From Tissierellia bacterium (GTDB lineage: Bacteria > Bacillota > Clostridia > Tissierellales > Peptoniphilaceae), in NCBI GenBank assembly GCA_012519495.1, contig JAAYQA010000015.1, forward strand, positions 18,439 to 42,438: a stretch of DNA of 24,000 bases. Reading direction: 5' to 3'. The notes beneath the pieces are model-generated. The model did not search any database, was not told the origin of the DNA, and saw only the letters and a program-made list of their open reading frames with translations. The position numbers were made by a program, and so were the translations under genes. Positions 17,581-24,000 of this stretch are shown here, piece after piece (the stretch's first letter is position 1; every line of letters begins with the position of its first letter).

Positions 17581-17606
17581 TAAAAAGAGGGGGCAAAAGC
17601 CCCCTC
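17581..17606 (-). terminator. Rho-independent terminator after the efp / acidic-protein pair
   Basis: The minus-strand sense reads GAGGGGGC-UUUU-GCCCCCUC followed by UUUUUAG: an 8-bp GC-rich stem (17587-17594 / 17599-17606) and a U-tract (17582-17586). Confidence 0.8.
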
Positions 17607-17621
17607 CCTGTGGCAGCACTT

Positions 17622-17984
17622 TTATTGTTCCGGATCCTCTTCGTCTGCTTCGTTGTCGTCGTCTTCTTCGAAAACAACATCTTCTTCAAAATCGTCCATA
17701 TAATCGTCGAATTGGAAATCGTCAAAATCGTCGAAGTCTTCAAAATCGTCATCAAAGTCTACACCGTAAAGCTCTTCTTCCACATCCGATAAATCTTCGT
17801 CGATAAAAGCGATATAGTCTTCAATATCTTCCTGCGCTTCTACAATGGCATCCATCGTGTCCACGATTTCTTCCAGCGCATCGATAATGTGTAGAAAAAT
17901 CTTGCCTTCATCGGTCGACTCGTCAATTTTCAGGCCGTCGGTGATGCCTCTGAGATACGAAATTTTCTGATAGAGATATTGCAT
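17622..17984 (-). CDS. Small, highly acidic protein: a helical N-terminal domain plus a D/E/F-rich tail. Possibly related to the efp-adjacent clostridial 'CD1247 N-terminal domain' family, but that is from memory and unverified.
   Basis: A strong SD (TAGGAGGACAAA) precedes the ATG and overlaps the efp stop. The 120-aa product begins MQYLYQKISYLRGITDGLKIDESTDEGKIFLHIIDALEEI and ends DFDDDFEDFDDFDDFQFDDYMDDFEEDVVFEEDDDNEADEEDPEQ. A terminator follows. Confidence 0.6.
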   Translation of the reverse strand: MQYLYQKISYLRGITDGLKIDESTDEGKIFLHIIDALEEIVDTMDAIVEAQEDIEDYIAFIDEDLSDVEEELYGVDFDDDFEDFDDFDDFQFDDYMDDFEEDVVFEEDDDNEADEEDPEQ

Positions 17985-17993
17985 TTTGTCCTC

Positions 17994-18551
17994 CTATACT
18001 CTGGAAAGGTATTCGTTGGAGCGCGTGTCGATACGGATTACATCGCCCTCGTTGACAAACAGCGGCACCTGTACCACCGCCCCGGTTTCTACGGTTGCAG
18101 GCTTGCTGCCGCCCGAAGAAGTATCCCCGCGGATGCCGGGCTCGGTTTTTGTGACGGTTAATTCAACAAAATTCGGCGGAGAAACATTAAATGCCTTGCC
18201 CTGGTAAAACCGAATGGTGGCATAATCGTTCTCCTTCACATAAAGGATTGCATCTTCGACCGCATCTTTCTCCAATGGGATTTGTTCGTACGTTTCCTGG
18301 TCCATGAAATAGTACAAAGTTCCGTCATTGTAGAGATACTGCATTTCCTTCGCGTCTATCCGTGCGGACGGATAGCGGTCGTTGGGATTGAAGGTAACAT
18401 CCTTGGACGCCCCCGACATCACCGAACGAATCTTGGCGCGAACAAAGGCCGCCCCTTTTCCCGGCTTCACATGTTGAAAATCAACGATTTGATATACATC
18501 GCCGTCCATCTCAAATGTAACGCCTTTTCTGAAATCTCCTGCCGCGATCAT
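17994..18551 (-). CDS. efp: Translation elongation factor P
   Basis: It has the [15 protein letters not shown] loop and resembles EF-P along its full length. An AGGAGGG SD lies upstream. Confidence 0.95.
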   Translation of the reverse strand: MIAAGDFRKGVTFEMDGDVYQIVDFQHVKPGKGAAFVRAKIRSVMSGASKDVTFNPNDRYPSARIDAKEMQYLYNDGTLYYFMDQETYEQIPLEKDAVEDAILYVKENDYATIRFYQGKAFNVSPPNFVELTVTKTEPGIRGDTSSGGSKPATVETGAVVQVPLFVNEGDVIRIDTRSNEYLSRV

Positions 18552-18586
18552 CTATTGCATCCCTCCTGCTCTTCATTTACACATAA

Positions 18587-18615
18587 ATTATACCAATGAA
18601 TGGAAAAGGTTACAA
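18587..18615 (-). promoter_or_regulatory. Sigma-A type promoter with an extended -10, for efp
   Basis: The minus-strand sense reads TTGTAA (18615-18610), a 17-nt spacer ending in TGg, then TATAAT (18592-18587). It lies about 35 nt upstream of the efp ATG. Confidence 0.6.
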
Positions 18616-18625
18616 GGCAGGCGGT

Positions 18626-19792
18626 TTAGGGGTCAGGGAAGTTGTCCGGCGGTGGTGTATATACCCCAAGGGTCTTTAAGGACAAAAAGCCCGGTATATC
18701 CATCCCTGCAAGCATTTTGCGCGGATTCGCCCTTGTATAATCCAAAGCACCTAAGTTTACATCCCGGTCCGATTCATAATAGCCGTTGATTTTGGAGGTC
18801 TTACTGAGATGAATCGTACCCTTTTGTAAAACGATCCCTTTTATCTCGGTGCGCAGTAAATCCAAATCGCCTTCCAACAGGATCGTGCCCAAAAAAGGCG
18901 CCTTCTGCGCGATCTGCATGGCTTCGATCCGTACATGACCCGTTACGATCAAAAACACAGATTCGGTATCGGGAAAAGTGGCAATCCATTCCCATTCGGG
19001 TTCGGCAAAATCTTCTGTAGAAGGCGGCTCCGCAACCGGTTCCGAATCCTCGGGATCGGGCGGCAAGGGCTCTTCCGTATCTGTTTCGTCCGGCAAAACT
19101 TCCGGCTCGGGTTCTTCCGGATTAGATGTTTCCGTATCCGTGTCATCCGGCGGACTTTCCGGAACGGGGGTTTCTGTTTCCTGCGGCTCTGTCACCAGAA
19201 CTTCTTCGGATTCTGTGTCTTCCGGTTCTTCTTTTGATTGTAGTTGATACACTTCCCAGTGCTTTTTGTCTTTTGCCAATTGGATCCGCAAATCGGTATC
19301 GGATAAGATAAACGGCAAACCGGCTTCTATGATTTTCTCTTTCAGGAATGCCATTTTGGCATCCAAAGACAGGCCCCCCTCCCCGGATGTCTGATCCAGC
19401 GGCGTTTCTACGATCTGTTCGGCATGATAACTTCCTGCATCCGCCACAGGAGTAAAACGCCAGGATAAGCTCTGTTTATTCCCGTCGATTGCAACATGGG
19501 CCAGCGTTTGTGCGCCGTCTGCTCCTATAAGAGAAAGGGGGTATTCCTTTGATTCGGCAGCGTGCGGGCCTGTGATATGTGCTTTAAACTGTCGCATAAT
19601 CGCCTCAGCATTGCCTTTTTCCAGCAGATAGGAAATATTTCCTTCCAACTCCGCTTTGTCCCGTATCGTTGCAATCCGGTTTTCCTCTACCAAGATAGCC
19701 AGTCGCATTCTTTCCATCGAATAAAAGGCGATCATCCCGATAAAGGCCAGTAGTATAATTACATAGATCAATAAGAATCCGCGTTTTTTCAT
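18626..19792 (-). CDS. Pilus-operon terminal protein, ComGG/PilX-like (N-terminal hydrophobic anchor without a canonical G/FTLIE site), with a large acidic Pro/Glu/Thr-rich insertion
   Basis: The N-terminus MKKRGFLLIYVIILLAFIGMIAF resembles the ComGG-type RGF(I/L) anchor. Its start forms an ATGA overlap with the preceding minor pilin. The central ~85 aa is low complexity (...EEPEDTESEE...PPDDTDTETSNPEEPEPEVLPDETDTEEPLPPDPEDSEP...). Confidence 0.5.
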   Translation of the reverse strand: MKKRGFLLIYVIILLAFIGMIAFYSMERMRLAILVEENRIATIRDKAELEGNISYLLEKGNAEAIMRQFKAHITGPHAAESKEYPLSLIGADGAQTLAHVAIDGNKQSLSWRFTPVADAGSYHAEQIVETPLDQTSGEGGLSLDAKMAFLKEKIIEAGLPFILSDTDLRIQLAKDKKHWEVYQLQSKEEPEDTESEEVLVTEPQETETPVPESPPDDTDTETSNPEEPEPEVLPDETDTEEPLPPDPEDSEPVAEPPSTEDFAEPEWEWIATFPDTESVFLIVTGHVRIEAMQIAQKAPFLGTILLEGDLDLLRTEIKGIVLQKGTIHLSKTSKINGYYESDRDVNLGALDYTRANPRKMLAGMDIPGFLSLKTLGVYTPPPDNFPDP

Positions 19793-20319
19793 TCTGTTTG
19801 CTCCGGCAGTTCCAGCAGCCTGTGAAATCGGCTTTTGCGCCCGCCCTGTTCTAATTCTATCTCTACTTCCAGTATGCCGGCCTCTTTATCCAGCCGGGAG
19901 GAAATCGCGTTGATATGATGAGACAACAGATTTACACCCCTGTGCGGACTCCCGCGAAATCCGTGCAGTCCTTTCGCCGTATAGCGTCGTATGGTGCTTG
20001 TCAGCTGGGCATAGGTAACGTATTTTTCCTCATGAATCTTCAGGACAAAACCCATGGGGGTTGCGCCTTCAATAAACACATCCACCTCATCGGGACCGTA
20101 AACTTCCTGGGCAGACTTTACTTCCCGCTCGATATAGTCCATTGCAAAAGAGCCGTCCAAAAACAGGGTATCGGCGGATTCCAGGTGCTTGGAAACCAGT
20201 ATCGTTTGCGAAAACAACGCATAAATGACAAAAACAAGTATCGAACTGATGGCCATGGCGCATACCAGTTCAATGAGCGTAAAGCCTCTTCTATTCCGTA
20301 CGCAAAAGCCGAATCGCAT
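19789..20319 (-). CDS. Minor (pseudo)pilin with a prepilin-type N-terminal cleavage/methylation signal (GspJ/PilW/ComGF-like by size and position)
   Basis: It carries the class III signal RRG|FTLIELVCAMAISSILVFVIY. The start is set at the ATG at 20319 (MRFGFCVRNRRG), preceded by GGGAGGG-N8. The ORF-track start at 20388 gives an implausibly long leader. Confidence 0.65.
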   Translation of the reverse strand: MRFGFCVRNRRGFTLIELVCAMAISSILVFVIYALFSQTILVSKHLESADTLFLDGSFAMDYIEREVKSAQEVYGPDEVDVFIEGATPMGFVLKIHEEKYVTYAQLTSTIRRYTAKGLHGFRGSPHRGVNLLSHHINAISSRLDKEAGILEVEIELEQGGRKSRFHRLLELPEQTE

Positions 20320-20656
20320 CCTGCATGCCCTCCCGCCGGATCTCATACCAATACAGTCCGTTGTGATCTGTAGTGGCATGGATTTCATAAACGGTATCTC
20401 TGTACCGGATCATCCTGATATCGCCGTCCTCCAGGTCTTCTACGGGGCGGAGGGATCCGGTATCTGTCTGAATCGGCGCCTTTTTATTAACACAGGTGAT
20501 CAGATTCCTGAGAAACTGATTCTGCAATCGCAACTCTTCCAGTTCTGCAAGCTGCCGGGAGGTGGATCCCAAAACCGGAAGCATAGCCAGTACGAGAATG
20601 GAAAGCAGACTTAAGGCAACGATCACCTCGATCAGACTGTAGCCTTTGCGTTTCAT
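20291..20656 (-). CDS. Minor (pseudo)pilin with a prepilin-type N-terminal signal (ComGE/GspI-like by size and position)
   Basis: The N-terminus is MKRKG|YSLIEVIVALSLLSILVLAML. Its start forms an ATGA overlap with the upstream pilin. Confidence 0.7.
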   Translation of the reverse strand: MKRKGYSLIEVIVALSLLSILVLAMLPVLGSTSRQLAELEELRLQNQFLRNLITCVNKKAPIQTDTGSLRPVEDLEDGDIRMIRYRDTVYEIHATTDHNGLYWYEIRREGMQDAIRLLRTE

Positions 20657-21072
20657 GGTTCCGTCACCGTAAACCGCGCAACGCCAACCGTGAAATTCAA
20701 GTAAAGCGACTTTGCCCCATAGCTAATCGGAATATGTCCGCATTTGGAAAAAGCGCCGGTTGGATAAATGACCAGCGTATTCCCTATATGTCTTGGTTTA
20801 TCCATAGTAATTCTTCGCAATTGTCTTGCAAGAAGCTCGCTGCCATCTTCAGAGACGACGCGATAGCTGTTGTTATCGGTATCAAAGTGTACCCTGACCG
20901 ATTTCTGATGAGCCACGGCATAGGTACGCGCAAAACGCAGGTCTTCCAGCATATGATCCAACTCCCGTTCTTGCACCATCGTGATGCTGAGCACGGCAAC
21001 CCCCAGCATAATTGACAATATGCCGAGGACAATAACCATTTCCAGTAGTGTAAAGCCTTTGCGTTTCATCAT
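20653..21072 (-). CDS. Minor (pseudo)pilin, GspH/FimT/ComGD-like
   Basis: The N-terminus is MMKRKG|FTLLEMVIVLGILSIMLGVAV, followed by a GspH-like region (L.DLRFARTYAVAHQKSVRVHFD). A GGAGG SD is present. The second ATG, at 21069, may be the true start. Confidence 0.75.
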   Translation of the reverse strand: MMKRKGFTLLEMVIVLGILSIMLGVAVLSITMVQERELDHMLEDLRFARTYAVAHQKSVRVHFDTDNNSYRVVSEDGSELLARQLRRITMDKPRHIGNTLVIYPTGAFSKCGHIPISYGAKSLYLNFTVGVARFTVTEP

Positions 21073-21770
21073 ACGCCTCCATGAAAGAGAATCACCAGCG
21101 TAAAACCAATCGCAATAAACGGAACAAACGGGATCGGCCGTTTTTTATCCGCCCCGTGAATAAGAAGAAAGATCGCTACCCCGGCTGCTGCCCAAACAGA
21201 ATACAAGAAAAAGCGGAGTTGCAAGGGAGGTGCAAAGAGAAAAAGCAGCAGCCCGATCAGAATCTTATCCCCGTCGCCCATTCGGTCTTTTGCTGCAAAG
21301 GCAAACAGGATCCACACAAAAACACCGGGCAACGCAGAAATAACGGCCTTTTTCTCCCAAACGAGAAGAAGAAAAACCAACACACCCACCAGGATCAGAT
21401 GCCTGTCATACACATCCTGTGTAGCAAGATCGATCCCAGCCATGAGAAGCAGTATGCTCACAATCGTACAATACAGGACAAACGAAGCATTCAGGCCAAG
21501 CCGCAAATAAAACAAAACAAAAAGGAAGCCCGATAACAGCTCTGTTAGCGTGCTTGCGATTCCTATGGCTGCATGACACGTTTTGCAGCGTCCTTGTAAT
21601 GCCACATAACTAAGGATCGGCACCAGTTCGGCCGCTCCCAAAGGGGTGTGGCAATGATCGCAGTGCGATCCGGGCCGGAGCAGGGATTCTCTGGCCACCG
21701 TTCGCATGGCTGCCAGGTAGAGAAATGAACCCACACTGGCACCTAAAAAGAAAATAAGTAAGACTATCAA
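21069..21770 (-). CDS. pilD: Prepilin peptidase (A24 family; PilD/ComC)
   Basis: It has the N-terminal Cys pairs CDHC...CKTC, a polytopic membrane body, and Asp motifs (GIDLATQDV and MGDGDKILIG). It apparently starts at a TTG 3 nt after the pilin stop, with no SD, which suggests translational coupling. Confidence 0.85.
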   Translation of the reverse strand: MIVLLIFFLGASVGSFLYLAAMRTVARESLLRPGSHCDHCHTPLGAAELVPILSYVALQGRCKTCHAAIGIASTLTELLSGFLFVLFYLRLGLNASFVLYCTIVSILLLMAGIDLATQDVYDRHLILVGVLVFLLLVWEKKAVISALPGVFVWILFAFAAKDRMGDGDKILIGLLLFLFAPPLQLRFFLYSVWAAAGVAIFLLIHGADKKRPIPFVPFIAIGFTLVILFHGGV

Positions 21771-21773
21771 GGC

Positions 21774-22094
21774 TTAAGGAGTAATTCTGCTTGCTTCTCC
21801 GTTTGCATCGACCTGGAATCCTTCCGGGAAGACTTCAATATAGTCTTGCCAGTTTTCTTTGTTAGCCTGTGTCCAGGGCAGCCCGCAAGCAGCTTCGCCT
21901 TCACTGCTGATGCAAAGTATAGCTGCATTTTCCAACATCCGGATGCTTGCTTCATCTGCTTTTTCCTGGGCTCTTTCCCTGTAACCTGCGTAAGCCGGAA
22001 TTGCAATGGCCAGCAAAATAGCCAGGATGGCTACGACAACGACAAGCTCGATCAGCGTAAAACCCTTCCTCTTCCTGTTCCCTTTTTTAAACAT
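21774..22094 (-). CDS. Major type IV (pseudo)pilin, ComGC/PilA-like
   Basis: The N-terminus is MFKKGNRKRKG|FTLIELVVVVAILAILLAIAIPAY, with Glu5. The mature protein is short, about 95 aa, with a Cys pair (CISSEGEAAC). A GAAGGAGGAAGG SD lies directly upstream of the ATG at 22094. Confidence 0.8.
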   Translation of the reverse strand: MFKKGNRKRKGFTLIELVVVVAILAILLAIAIPAYAGYRERAQEKADEASIRMLENAAILCISSEGEAACGLPWTQANKENWQDYIEVFPEGFQVDANGEASRITP

Positions 22095-22107
22095 GCCTTC
22101 CTCCTTC

Positions 22108-22137
22108 AAAAATATTCACAAGCCAAAAGGCCTTGTG
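22108..22137 (-). terminator. Weak candidate terminator after comM
   Basis: The minus-strand sense reads CACAAGGCC-UUUU-GGCUUGUG (one bulge) followed by AAUAUUUUUG. The stem is imperfect and the U-tract is not contiguous with it, so confidence is low. Confidence 0.3.
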
Positions 22138-22152
22138 TCAAAGAAAAAAGTA

Positions 22153-23688
22153 CTACCTTGTAACCTGGTTCATCGTATCCGGAGAGCGATAGCGTACTGC
22201 TTCCAGCACATGCTTGTCTTCTACTAAATCGGCACCGTACAGATCGGCGATCGTACGGGATAATTTAAGGATCTTCTGGAAGCTGCGCGCACTGAATTTA
22301 TACTGATGAAAAGCCATTTCCACAATTTTTTGTGCAGAAGCACTCAGTTGAATATGCTTTTTTATCAGCCGGTTGGTCAATTGGGCATTATTTCTGACCC
22401 CGGTTCCTTTGTAGCGTGCAATTTGCCGCTGGCGTGCATCGTTTACGCGTTTTCTTATCGTCTTTGAGGTTTCCGCATTTTCATCCTGTGTCAATTCATC
22501 GTATTTTACCGGCTTGACCATAATATGAATGTCAATCCGATCCAGGATCGGATTGCTGATTTTCCCGGCATAACGCTGGATTTCCTGCATAGAACAGGTA
22601 CAGACATGCGTTTCATCCCCATAGTAGCCGCAAGGACAAGGATTCATCGAAGCAACAAGTAAAAACTCACTGGGATACGTCAGACTCGCCGTTACCCGCG
22701 AGATGGAAACCACGCCATCTTCCATTGGTTGACGCAAAACCTCAATAACCGATTTGGTGAATTCAGGGAATTCATCCAAAAACAATACGCCATTGTGCGC
22801 CAGGCTGATCTCTCCCGGCTTGGGTATGCGTCCGCCCCCGATAATTGCCACTTGTGATGCCGTATGATGCGGGGATCGAAACGGCCGGTTTCGCAAAAGA
22901 CCGGTTTCTTTCAGCAATCCTGCCACAGAATAAATCTTTGTTGATTCAATGCTCTCTTCAAACGTCATCTCCGGCAGAATTGTCGGCAAACGGCGTGCAG
23001 CCATGGTCTTTCCACCGCCAGGCGGCCCGATAATCAATATGTTGTGATGTCCGGCAGCAGCCACTTCCAGCGCGCGTTTCAGTGCATGCTGACCCCGTAT
23101 CTCAGAAAAATCCACCCCGAAATCCGGATCTTCTTCTGTGAAATCTTCCAATTCCGTCCGATGCGGCTCAATTATCTTTTCTTCATTCCGGTCATCCACT
23201 AATTGCTGCAGTGTACGTACCGGCATGATATCCATACCACGGACAACTCCGCACTCTTCTTTATTGGCTTCGGGTACATAGCAGCGGGTAAAACCTAATT
23301 CGCGCAACGAAATAACAATAGGAAGCGCACCTTCGATACCCTGTACGCGTCCATCCAGCGATAACTCTCCGATATATGCCGTTTTATCATCGGATTCGGT
23401 TTCGATTTCTCCCACCGATGAAAGTAACGATAAAGCGATGGCGAGATCCAGCTGCGAGCCTTCCTTTTTCAGATTGGCGGGCGCTAAATTTACGGTAATC
23501 CGCTGTAAGGGAAACTGATAGCCGCTGTTTGCAATTGCGCTGCGTACCCGCTCCTTACTCTCTTTGATCGATGCATCCGGCAGTCCGACAATCGTAAAAG
23601 CAGGCAGCCCATTGGATAAATCCGTTTCCACATCGACGCTGTATCCGTTTAAACCCTGTAGAACACATGTTTTTACTTTACTGTACAT
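22153..23688 (-). CDS. comM: YifB/ComM family ATPase (Mg-chelatase-like AAA+ protein with an N-terminal Lon-like domain)
   Basis: It has Walker A (GPPGGGKTMAARRL), Walker B (GVLFLDEFPEF) and the N-terminal motif LPDASIKESKERVRSAI. An AGGAG SD lies 6 nt upstream. Confidence 0.9.
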   Translation of the reverse strand: MYSKVKTCVLQGLNGYSVDVETDLSNGLPAFTIVGLPDASIKESKERVRSAIANSGYQFPLQRITVNLAPANLKKEGSQLDLAIALSLLSSVGEIETESDDKTAYIGELSLDGRVQGIEGALPIVISLRELGFTRCYVPEANKEECGVVRGMDIMPVRTLQQLVDDRNEEKIIEPHRTELEDFTEEDPDFGVDFSEIRGQHALKRALEVAAAGHHNILIIGPPGGGKTMAARRLPTILPEMTFEESIESTKIYSVAGLLKETGLLRNRPFRSPHHTASQVAIIGGGRIPKPGEISLAHNGVLFLDEFPEFTKSVIEVLRQPMEDGVVSISRVTASLTYPSEFLLVASMNPCPCGYYGDETHVCTCSMQEIQRYAGKISNPILDRIDIHIMVKPVKYDELTQDENAETSKTIRKRVNDARQRQIARYKGTGVRNNAQLTNRLIKKHIQLSASAQKIVEMAFHQYKFSARSFQKILKLSRTIADLYGADLVEDKHVLEAVRYRSPDTMNQVTR

Positions 23689-23696
23689 AGAAACTC

Positions 23697-24000
23697 CTAA
23701 CCGGCATAAAATGCATTTTCTATGTGATGCATGACATCGTCCAATATTTCAATCACATCAAAACGCACCTGCATGTGATGCAATTGATGTTTTTGTATAT
23801 ACCATTGTGTGAGGCGGATGATCTGCCGCTGTTTATGTAGGTGCACTGCTTCTCTCGGATACCCGTGTCGTGCGTTTTTACGCCGCTTAACTTCAACAAT
23901 CACGAGCAGCCCGTCCTTGCTTGCGATCAGATCCAGTTCGCCGATCTTTGTGGAAAAGTTCGCGTCCAGTATTTTATAACCTTTCTTAACAAGAAATTCT
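23697..24000 (-). CDS. yraN: YraN family (UPF0102) endonuclease-like protein; the N-terminus lies outside the window
   Basis: The frame stays open beyond the ORF-track Met to the window edge: ..EFLVKKGYKILDANFSTKIGELDLIASKDGLLVIVEVKRRK... This contains the GE(I/L)DLI and VEVK motifs of the family. Confidence 0.8.
   Translation of the reverse strand, partial: EFLVKKGYKILDANFSTKIGELDLIASKDGLLVIVEVKRRKNARHGYPREAVHLHKQRQIIRLTQWYIQKHQLHHMQVRFDVIEILDDVMHHIENAFYAG

Noticed and set aside
17563-17755. Long N-terminal extensions offered by the ORF track (e.g. asp23 to 17755, punA to 10582, rluB to 6643, ispH to 2577, ispA to 15295, xseB to 15509, oapA-like to 13842, minor pilin to 20388, pilin to 22109)
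   Set aside because: In each case an internal ATG (or GTG) is preceded by a good GGAGG-type SD at 5-9 nt and yields the conserved family N-terminus. The extensions lack an SD and overlap upstream genes, a terminator or the RNA.
18935-19250. Apparent tandem repetition in the DNA of the acidic linker of the 388-aa protein, and likewise at 247-480
   Set aside because: It is imperfect codon-level low complexity (GAA/GAT/CCG/ACN) with no fixed period or exact repeat unit that I could define. It is not a CRISPR, VNTR or mobile-element signature.
22111-22141. A sigma-A promoter for the pilin operon, based on a perfect TTGACA at 22136-22141
   Set aside because: At 17, 18 and 19-nt spacing the candidate -10 hexamers are TGAATA, GAATAT and AATATT, none convincing. 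The -35 also lies inside the candidate comM terminator stem. I note it only as a hint that the operon uses another mode of control.
1-24000. Search for CRISPR arrays, IS or transposon ends, integrases, prophage genes, toxin-antitoxin pairs or defence systems
   Set aside because: All intergenic space except 13801-14419 is under ~75 nt and is explained by promoters or terminators. Every ORF of substantial size has a housekeeping or pilus assignment. I found no direct or inverted repeat pairs flanking any segment.

Overview
The window is a densely packed, almost entirely minus-strand housekeeping region of a Firmicutes/Clostridia-type genome. That placement is inferred from an IspH-S1 fusion, the scpA-scpB, efp, asp23-nusB-xseA-xseB-ispA and argR-recN gene order, and Gram-positive SD sites. 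Only the first 183 nt, an aminotransferase 3' end, is plus-strand. Read in minus-strand order from high to low coordinates, the genes are: yraN (partial), comM/yifB, a six-gene pseudopilus operon (major pilin, prepilin peptidase, four minor pilins, but no ATPase or platform gene), efp, an acidic small protein, asp23, nusB, xseA, xseB and ispA. A ~575-nt non-coding gap follows, then a 4-TM membrane protein, argR, recN, NUDIX, punA, pdp, an M50 protease, scpA, scpB, rluB, mnmM-like, a BaiN/YhiN flavoprotein, an AroH-like protein, cmk, plsC and the ispH-S1 fusion. Most genes abut or overlap, many through ATGA or TAATG junctions. The one real anomaly is the gap at 13801-14419. It has no credible ORF, its own near-consensus extended -10 sigma-A promoter, several local hairpins, and a 9-bp pairing between the predicted 5' end and a site just before the downstream RBS. 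Its position, ispA-[RNA]-[4-TM protein] inside the xseAB-ispA...argR-recN cluster, is the signature context of OLE RNA (ornate, large, extremophilic) and its membrane partner OapA. I call it a candidate ole-oapA ribonucleoprotein locus, but this needs a covariance-model search that I cannot run. I saw no CRISPR array, IS or transposon, tRNA or rRNA.
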